From an uncultured Phycisphaeraceae bacterium (lineage in GTDB: Bacteria > Planctomycetota > Phycisphaerae > Phycisphaerales > Phycisphaeraceae): 64,000 bases of DNA. Each line of letters starts with the position of its first letter. Position 1 is the first letter of the stretch. The DNA lies in the NCBI GenBank assembly GCA_964547135.1, contig CAZJMK010000011.1, forward strand, positions 2,881-66,880, in the 5' to 3' direction. Below are positions 57,228 through 64,000 of this stretch, one piece after another. Position numbers and translations under genes: made by a program. The notes under the pieces were generated by a model, which searched no databases, was not told the origin of the DNA, and saw only the letters and a list, made by a program, of their open reading frames with translations.

Positions 57228-59429
57228 TCACCGCCCCGGTTGTAAAAATCCTTCCAGCGTCGAGGTGGCATCCTTCAAATCAATCCGATGCACCCCGGGT
57301 ACGCCCGTGTTTTCATGGACGATGTACTTGCGCGGTTTGGCCAACCCTTCCGCCAGGGCGTCCAAATACGCTCGACCCTTGAAATATTGCGGGGCCTGTT
57401 TGTACGCAGCCGCCAGTGCCGGGAAAGCCTGCGCCTTGCTGCGCTCAGCAATGCCCGTCTCCCACCGCTGCGCCCGTGCTTCGTAAATGATCTGACTGGC
57501 CTGCCCCGGTGCCGCCACCAGCAGTGCTTCGATCTGTGCTTCCTGTGCCGCCACCGCTGCGCCCAGTTCGGTCAATCGCGCACCCACTTCACCAGCCGAT
57601 CGCATTTTCAGCGACTCAACCTGTTCCCGCAATTTTTCCAACGCCAATACCGCATCACGAATCTGCAACGCCATTTCTTCCGACCCCGCCACCTGCGCCA
57701 GGGTTTGAATCCGTTCCTGCTTGGCTTTCCAGATGGTGGTTTCCTTTTCCTGAATCGCGCCGACCTGTTCATGGAACGCCGCCGCCACCTGTACGCCTTC
57801 GCCGCCGTCAGCACTTTCGCCGCCGCGGGGCGGGTGAATGCCCACCACGCCCACATAGACCACCTGCACGCCCATGTGCAGGGCATCCGCCTGCTTTTGA
57901 ATCGCCTGCCGCATGAACTGGCCCGCTTCCAATCGGCCTCGACCGATCAGCGTGTCCAAATCCTTGGTGACAAAATATTCGGTGAGTGTACGATCCGCCA
58001 GGGCGGACATCAGTTGTTCAGGTTTCTGTGCCGAGGTGACATATTTCGTCAGGTCCGTGATCTGATAATGCACCAACACTTCCGCCGCCACCAGGGACAC
58101 AGCCGGGGTTGACCCTGCCGCTGCCGAGGGTGCGGTGTTGCCCGCATCGCTGCGTCCCTCTTCCCGGACCGTCGGTGCGGTGATGAGGTATTCCTCTTTG
58201 CCGTCCACGTGTACGTTCGTCCACAAAATGGCCGTATCTTCCTTGAGTTTCTGATACGACCCCACCCGTGCCACCTGAATCCGCCCCACGTCATACCGCT
58301 GCACCCCGCCGATCGGCCAGGGCCATTTCAAATGCAGCCCCGGTCCAACCGGTTCCCCACGCATCGCCCCGAACGTCGTGATCACCGCCTGCTGCTGCGG
58401 TTCCACAATCACGATCGACCCAATCAACAGCAAAATCCCCAAGCCACTGGCCAACAGCGGCGTGATCGACCGCGACATCAACATGTAAAACCAGCTTCGG
58501 CTGATTTCAAAACCAAACTGATAGTTGATCGTCTCGTTGACGATTTTCGCCAACCCCTCCGGCTTGGTCAGCCAACCCAGCAACCGCGAATCAAACGCCG
58601 GCCTTGGTATTTCACCGGGTTTACGTGGCCGATATGCCCCCGACAAAAACGAAAGCACGATTTCCAGCCCCAACAGCGTCATCAGCCCCGGCACCACCAG
58701 CCCGACCCATGCCATGATGCTTTCGTTGCCAAACAGGGCAAACCCCGCCCCCGCCAAAATCAGCAGCGCGACCAGCACCAACCCCATCAAATAACCCGCC
58801 CCGCTGCGCAACAACTGCCACTCTTTCTGCACCGTCATCCCCGCGGCATAGCGCCCCACAATGAACGCCACAAACGCAATCCCCGCCATGAACGCCATCA
58901 ATAAACCAGGGTTGCCATCCGCTCTATCGCCCAACGCTCTGGTCACAAACATCGGCGAACCGAGCGTGCGATACCCCAGCACCAGCAGCGTGATACCCAC
59001 CGCAAGCAGATATACCGCCAAGGCCAGACTGACCCCGTTCAAGCCCCACTGATACAAATTGTCCAGCCGTTTGCGGGCGATGCGCAGTTCATCCGCCTGG
59101 GTTTCAAACAGCGCAGCCGTGGGCGCGTTGCTGCGCGATAGCTGCTCCACCTCCAGCGTTTCAGCGCGTTCAATCTGATGCTGTTTGTAAATCAGCCAGA
59201 GAATCGCCCACAGGGGCAGTCCGCCCAGAAAGTGCCAGGTGGCGGCGTGCAAGGCCGGCGACTGCGCCCACAAGCCCGTCACCGCCATCACGGCTGACAA
59301 CAGCAATTGCACGCACAAACCCAGCAATGCCGCGTTGCCTGCCCGACGATACGACTGTTGATCCTGCACCATGCCTGGTTCCGTATGAAGGGGCCAATCT
59401 CGCAATTCACGCCTCGACAGGTTCTGCAA
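57228..59429 (-). CDS. SPFH/HflK-like protein fused to a ~300-aa polytopic N-terminal membrane domain
   Basis: Six to eight predicted TM helices. SPFH core follows (ITTFGAMRGEPVGPGLHLKWPWPIGGVQ). HflK-like C-terminal coiled-coil. Confidence 0.65.
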   Translation of the reverse strand: MQNLSRRELRDWPLHTEPGMVQDQQSYRRAGNAALLGLCVQLLLSAVMAVTGLWAQSPALHAATWHFLGGLPLWAILWLIYKQHQIERAETLEVEQLSRSNAPTAALFETQADELRIARKRLDNLYQWGLNGVSLALAVYLLAVGITLLVLGYRTLGSPMFVTRALGDRADGNPGLLMAFMAGIAFVAFIVGRYAAGMTVQKEWQLLRSGAGYLMGLVLVALLILAGAGFALFGNESIMAWVGLVVPGLMTLLGLEIVLSFLSGAYRPRKPGEIPRPAFDSRLLGWLTKPEGLAKIVNETINYQFGFEISRSWFYMLMSRSITPLLASGLGILLLIGSIVIVEPQQQAVITTFGAMRGEPVGPGLHLKWPWPIGGVQRYDVGRIQVARVGSYQKLKEDTAILWTNVHVDGKEEYLITAPTVREEGRSDAGNTAPSAAAGSTPAVSLVAAEVLVHYQITDLTKYVTSAQKPEQLMSALADRTLTEYFVTKDLDTLIGRGRLEAGQFMRQAIQKQADALHMGVQVVYVGVVGIHPPRGGESADGGEGVQVAAAFHEQVGAIQEKETTIWKAKQERIQTLAQVAGSEEMALQIRDAVLALEKLREQVESLKMRSAGEVGARLTELGAAVAAQEAQIEALLVAAPGQASQIIYEARAQRWETGIAERSKAQAFPALAAAYKQAPQYFKGRAYLDALAEGLAKPRKYIVHENTGVPGVHRIDLKDATSTLEGFLQPGR

Positions 59430-59565
59430 ACCTCCCGCAAGGGCTATATCTTATGCACGAACCCAACCGGGCAAACAACATTCAAGCTGCTGGCGTATGA
59501 TGAACAATATCGTGTTTCGTCTGTCTCCGTGATCCGTACACCTTTGTCAGCCCGACCGGACCGAC

Positions 59566-60594
59566 ATGCTAGAGCAACTTTTCACCATCAGTCGTAACAC
59601 ATTCCTTGAAAGCATACGTCAGCCGATCTTTGTGGTTCTGCTGATGGTGGGGGCCATGGTACTGATTTTGAACCCAGCCGTGGCCGCCTACACGATGGAT
59701 GATGATAACAAGCTGATGATCGATATGGGGCTGTCCACGCTTTTTGTCATCGGGGTTTTATTGGCCGCCTTCACCGCCACGGGCGTCGTCTCCACTGAAG
59801 TCGAAAATCGCACCGTGCTCACCGTGGTCAGCAAACCCGTGCCCCGTCCCCTGTTTGTGCTGGGCAAATATCTGGGCGTCGGCGTGGCCCTCACCCTTGC
59901 CTTCTGGGTACTGGGCGGTTTGTTTCTGCTTTCAGCTCGTCACGGGGTATTGCAAACCGCCGGTGATGCCTTCGACATGCCCGTCGTCCTTGCCGCCTTC
60001 ATCGCCTGGGCCGGCGCCCTGGCCGTCGGCGCACTGGGTAATTATTTTTACCGCTGGGTGTTCACCTCCAGTTTCGTTTTGTCACTGGCGTTATTGACCA
60101 TTCCAGCCGTGCTGTTGATGCTGCTGGTCGGCAAAGGTTGGCACTTTCAATCCATCAGCACCGAGTTCGGCCTTGAAGGCGCTGCCCGCGGCGGCCGATT
60201 GCTGGTGGTGATGTTGCTGGTGTTGCAGGCCATCTGGGTACTCACCGCTGTCGCCATTGCCGCCTCGACGCGCCTGGGCCAGTTGATGACGCTGATGGTT
60301 TGTGCAGGGGTATTTCTGCTGGGGCTGGTCAGTGAAACCCTGATCCAACCAGCCGTGGCGCGACTGCCCTGGGGCGAGGTCACCAGCCTCGGCTCCCTGA
60401 TCGGCTTTTTACTGGCGCGATTGGCCTCCATCGCTGTGCCCAACCTGCAATTTCTCTGGCTGGTCGATACCCTGCCGCAGGGGTTACCCATTCCCGCCGA
60501 CCACGTCGGTTTGCTGACAATATACGCTTTGCTGCAAATCGGCGCGGTGCTCTGCCTTGCCACCGCCCTCTTCCAAACCCGTGAAGTGGGCTGA
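59566..60594 (+). CDS. ABC-2 family permease (divergent from the operon)
   Basis: VSTEVENRTVLTVVSKPVPRPLFVLGKYLG ABC-2 motif. 6-7 TM helices. Confidence 0.65.
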   Translation: MLEQLFTISRNTFLESIRQPIFVVLLMVGAMVLILNPAVAAYTMDDDNKLMIDMGLSTLFVIGVLLAAFTATGVVSTEVENRTVLTVVSKPVPRPLFVLGKYLGVGVALTLAFWVLGGLFLLSARHGVLQTAGDAFDMPVVLAAFIAWAGALAVGALGNYFYRWVFTSSFVLSLALLTIPAVLLMLLVGKGWHFQSISTEFGLEGAARGGRLLVVMLLVLQAIWVLTAVAIAASTRLGQLMTLMVCAGVFLLGLVSETLIQPAVARLPWGEVTSLGSLIGFLLARLASIAVPNLQFLWLVDTLPQGLPIPADHVGLLTIYALLQIGAVLCLATALFQTREVG

Positions 60595-60809
60595 AACGTA
60601 GTGGTCAAGTGGCCGAGTGCAGAACCCAAGCCAAGGACGAGGAACGTAGTGACGAGGACTTGGGTATGCCCGGTGGTTAAACGGTGAGTCGGTGAGTCGG
60701 TTAATCGGGAAGAAAAAGACAAATAAATACCGACCGAGTAACCGAGTAACCAAACCATACCCACGCGCATCGGCTGGTGATATGATCGTTCTTTTCCAAG
60801 GAACTCATC

Positions 60810-62405
60810 ATGACCATGCCCGTGATCCGCATTGATCGCAGCAAGCTCGAAATTCCGCCCGGGGTCACGGAAATCGTCCCCATTCTCGACTTCGGCTCAC
60901 AATACGTCCAACTCATCGCCCGCCGGGTGCGCGAAGCCGGGGTGCTGGGCGTGCTGGTTCCGCCCAACATCGCCGTCGAAGACCTCAAAGCCTTGAACCC
61001 CAAGGGCATCATTCTTTCCGGCGGCCCGGCCAGTGTCTATGAAAAAAACGCCCCCACCTGCGACAAACGCCTGTTCGAACTGGGCGTGCCCATCCTCGGC
61101 ATCTGCTACGGCATGCAAATCGGCTGCGAACTATTGGGTGCCAAGGTGCAAGGCAACCCGTCACGTGAGTTTGGCCGTACCGCTTTGCAGGTCACCGCCA
61201 ATGACCGCTTGTTTCCCGGTGTACCGGCCCACACCACCGTTTGGATGAGCCATGGGGATCAGGTCACCGAGCTTAATGACGATTTTGTTTCCCTGGCTAC
61301 CACGCCCACCTGCCCGATCGCCGCGGTCAAGCATCACAAGCACCCTTTCTTTGGCGTGCAGTTTCACCCCGAAGTCACCCACACGCCCCACGGCATCGAC
61401 ATTCTGCGCAACTTCCTTTTCGGCATCTGTGCCTGCACCGGCACCTGGCGTATGACCGACTTCCTGCAATCACAAGTACAAGTCATTCGCCAGCGCGTCG
61501 GCAATAACCGTGTGATATGCGGCCTGTCGGGCGGGGTCGATTCCTCCGTCGTCGCTGCCCTGCTTGCCAGGGCCATCGGCAAACAACTCACCTGCATTTT
61601 CGTGGACAACGGCCTGTTGCGCAAAGGTGAACGCGACCTGGTCGAATCAACCTTCCGTGGCCACTTCGACATCGACCTGCGCGTCATTGATGCAAGCCAG
61701 CAGTTTTTGAGTGATTTGCAGGGCATCACCGACCCGCAGGACAAACGCAAACGCATCGGCCACCGGTTCATTGAAGTGTTCAAACAGGCGGCTGCCAACC
61801 TACCCGGCGATGTGAAATTTTTGGCGCAAGGCACGCTTTACCCCGACGTGATCGAATCGGGGCAGGGTTACGCGGGCACGGCTGCCAACATCAAATTGCA
61901 TCACAACGTCGGCGGACTGCCCGAACAACTGGGCTTTGAACTCATCGAACCATTGCGTTCCCTCTTCAAAGATGAAGTACGCATGTTGGGGCAGGTGCTT
62001 GGGCTGCCCGAACAGATGGTCTGGCGACACCCGTTCCCCGGCCCGGGTTTGGCGGTGCGTTGTCTGGGCGAAGTCAGCAAGCCGCAACTAGACCTGTTGC
62101 GTGAAGCCGACGAAATATTGCTGGAGGAAATTGTCGCCAACCATTTGTATCGCAAAACCAGTCAGGTGTTCGCGGTGCTATTGCCGGTGCGGGCGGTGGG
62201 CGTGATGGGTGATGGGCGAACCTATGACCAGGTGATTGCCATCCGTGCAGTGGAAACGCAGGATTTCATGACCGCCGACTGGGCACGCATTCCCTTTGAT
62301 GTGCTGGCGGTGATCAGCAACCGCATCATCAATGAAGTGCGCGGCATCAACCGGGTGGTGTACGACATTTCGAGCAAACCCCCGGCCACGATCGAGTGGG
62401 AATAA
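60810..62405 (+). CDS. guaA: GMP synthase (glutamine-hydrolysing)
   Basis: GATase-1 (GICYGMQ), N-type ATP-PPase ([10 protein letters not shown]) and C-terminal dimerisation domain. Confidence 0.95.
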   Translation: MTMPVIRIDRSKLEIPPGVTEIVPILDFGSQYVQLIARRVREAGVLGVLVPPNIAVEDLKALNPKGIILSGGPASVYEKNAPTCDKRLFELGVPILGICYGMQIGCELLGAKVQGNPSREFGRTALQVTANDRLFPGVPAHTTVWMSHGDQVTELNDDFVSLATTPTCPIAAVKHHKHPFFGVQFHPEVTHTPHGIDILRNFLFGICACTGTWRMTDFLQSQVQVIRQRVGNNRVICGLSGGVDSSVVAALLARAIGKQLTCIFVDNGLLRKGERDLVESTFRGHFDIDLRVIDASQQFLSDLQGITDPQDKRKRIGHRFIEVFKQAAANLPGDVKFLAQGTLYPDVIESGQGYAGTAANIKLHHNVGGLPEQLGFELIEPLRSLFKDEVRMLGQVLGLPEQMVWRHPFPGPGLAVRCLGEVSKPQLDLLREADEILLEEIVANHLYRKTSQVFAVLLPVRAVGVMGDGRTYDQVIAIRAVETQDFMTADWARIPFDVLAVISNRIINEVRGINRVVYDISSKPPATIEWE

Positions 62406-62421
62406 GGATCACGTTGTGTGT

Positions 62422-63519
62422 ATGATAAAGATCAAACAACAACGGATAACTAAAATGCTAACTCAATTACACATTCAGAATTTTCGCGGCATTAATAGCT
62501 TATCCTTGAACGGTTTTGCTCGGTTTAATATTTTTGTCGGTCGAAATGGTTGCGGGAAAACGACTTTGCTTGAGGCCGTTTCTGTGGTCGCCAACCAGTT
62601 AACTCCCGGTTGGCTAAATCAACTCGGAGTATGGAGAGAACTACCGCCTGCCAGTCTAAACAATTACGATTCAATACTTTCCGTCTTTCCTCAATTGGAT
62701 TCTTCTATTCCGATTGTTTTAAAGTACAAAATTAAAGATATATCCGATGACTTACATTTGACAATAAATTCAAAGATAGAGAATATCAGTATCGATACCT
62801 CCGAGCATACAACTGATTTATCGTCTCGCGATCTATCGTTACGCATGAGTGGAGTATCTTACGATCTTAAAAATGCACACAAATCGTTGGCTCATTCAGA
62901 ACTGTTGTTCGTCCCCACTGGATACCAAGAAAAAACAAGCGGCGACCAAAAGAAAAGGCATCTTGGCTGTTTTTACATCCATGCACGAAGAGCGACCAGT
63001 TTGGGTGAAACCGCACGTGCTTTGACTGAGTTATATGCAAAAAAGCAGCAAGCATTATTTATTGAAGCCATGAAACGCGTTGATAGCCGAATACAAAATC
63101 TTGTACCAGGCACGCGTCGAAATACCGCAACCGTTCTTGCCGATATTGGGCTTGCAACCCTTATTCCAATCAATCTGCTTGGGGATGGTTTCTGCCGAAT
63201 ATGTCTCATGGCTACAGGGGCTGTCAATGTGGGTTCAAAGCTTTTAATTGTTGACGAAATCGATTCCGGCTTGCACCATACCGTGATGGCTGATTTCTGG
63301 CGATCATTGGATAACTTGTCGCGATCCTTTGGAACACAAGTCTTTTGCTCAACCCATAACGATGAAATGCTGCGCAGCACGATTGATGCGTTTCAAGGCA
63401 ATCCCGATGATGTAAGAATCATCAGAATAGATCGTAATGTTGACGAAATGGTGACATGCCAATTTTATACGTATGATCTATATCAGAAAGCAGACAATGT
63501 TGGACTTGACGTACGATGA
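62422..63519 (+). CDS. SMC/RecF-like ABC ATPase (AAA_21/AAA_15 type), candidate defence ATPase
   Basis: LHIQNFRGI...FNIFVGRNGCGKTTLLEA N-terminus. Walker B/D-loop LLIVDEIDSGLHH. Lies in an AT-rich island. Confidence 0.75.
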   Translation: MIKIKQQRITKMLTQLHIQNFRGINSLSLNGFARFNIFVGRNGCGKTTLLEAVSVVANQLTPGWLNQLGVWRELPPASLNNYDSILSVFPQLDSSIPIVLKYKIKDISDDLHLTINSKIENISIDTSEHTTDLSSRDLSLRMSGVSYDLKNAHKSLAHSELLFVPTGYQEKTSGDQKKRHLGCFYIHARRATSLGETARALTELYAKKQQALFIEAMKRVDSRIQNLVPGTRRNTATVLADIGLATLIPINLLGDGFCRICLMATGAVNVGSKLLIVDEIDSGLHHTVMADFWRSLDNLSRSFGTQVFCSTHNDEMLRSTIDAFQGNPDDVRIIRIDRNVDEMVTCQFYTYDLYQKADNVGLDVR

Positions 63520-64000
63520 GCATCACCTATAAAGGCAGCAAACAAAAAATTGAACGGCCCGTCGCCATTGCAGTCGAGGGGCTTGAGTATTATTACCTTT
63601 TGTTGTCACAGATTAAGGACAATCCTCAACTACAAAGCGTACAGCTGTGGAATTTTGGAGGTTATCCTCAATTGGGCGAATGGCTTAAGCTTTTCCAATC
63701 TCTTGATCAAACGATTGTAAAGGTACGCGCCATAGGAATTATACGAGATGCTGAAAGCAATGCACAGGCCGCATCGGATCATGTCAAAAATTGCTTGAAG
63801 TCCGCAGGTTATGACGCTCCGAATAATCCAGGCGTATTTTCGACGGGATTTCCCGCTACGGGCTACCTCATTATGCCTATCGGAAGACAGTCAGGATGCT
63901 TGGAAGATGCCTGCCTGGAAGCCACGACGGATACCAAGCTAAAACAGGTCCTTCCGGAATCAGCGTGGGTAAAGGTCCAGTCCGCCACAGTGGAAGTAGA
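63516..64000 (+). CDS. Toprim-like small partner protein (RloB/DUF4276/AriB-like); partial, continues past window end
   Basis: ATGA overlap with the ATPase. N-terminal VAIAVEGLEYYYL resembles the acidic EG..E..Y motif of RloB/DUF4276-type Toprim-like proteins. Confidence 0.5.
   Translation, partial: MSITYKGSKQKIERPVAIAVEGLEYYYLLLSQIKDNPQLQSVQLWNFGGYPQLGEWLKLFQSLDQTIVKVRAIGIIRDAESNAQAASDHVKNCLKSAGYDAPNNPGVFSTGFPATGYLIMPIGRQSGCLEDACLEATTDTKLKQVLPESAWVKVQSATVEV

Noticed and set aside
54664-57486. 454-aa and 482-aa plus-strand ORFs
   Set aside because: Antisense to the HflK/HflC-like genes. His/Arg/Gln-rich low-complexity translations. No independent support.

Overview
This is a high-GC (~60%), Planctomycetes-like chromosomal segment. 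The phylum call rests on a DUF1559 prepilin-type H-X9-DG protein, a PEP-CTERM protein, and dense short palindromic intergenic repeats. Housekeeping genes are ribD, folE2, a CoaB-like ligase, a YhaM-like exoribonuclease, miaA, a type III glutamine synthetase, pdhA/pdhB, sppA, a PBP4-type carboxypeptidase, an Hsp70 paralog, an ODC-family decarboxylase, a GGDEF-EAL signalling protein and guaA. Two polysaccharide-biosynthesis clusters are present. The first (3.6-11 kb) has two convergent WcaF-like acetyltransferases, GT2 and GT4 transferases, an F420H2-dehydrogenase-beta-like protein and a pyruvyl transferase. The second (27.6-36.5 kb) has an O-antigen-ligase-like gene plus six glycosyltransferases. 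A six-gene minus-strand operon (48.5-59.4 kb) joins three SPFH (HflK/HflC-like) proteins to an ABC-2 exporter whose ATPase carries a long low-complexity tail. Three features stand out. (1) Nearly every intergenic spacer holds a mosaic of about a dozen recurring hairpin-forming motifs, with local tandem duplications. (2) A four-helix-bundle (TIGR02436-type) gene lies between pdhA and pdhB, inside a ~510-bp element bounded by inverted repeats that also occur as three gene-less ~90-120-bp copies. (3) A sharply AT-rich island begins directly after guaA (62.4 kb to the window end). It carries an SMC/RecF-like ABC ATPase and a 4-bp-overlapping Toprim-like small partner, the architecture of PARIS/AbiL/RloAB-type anti-phage systems. 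No rRNA, CRISPR array or confident tRNA was found by eye.
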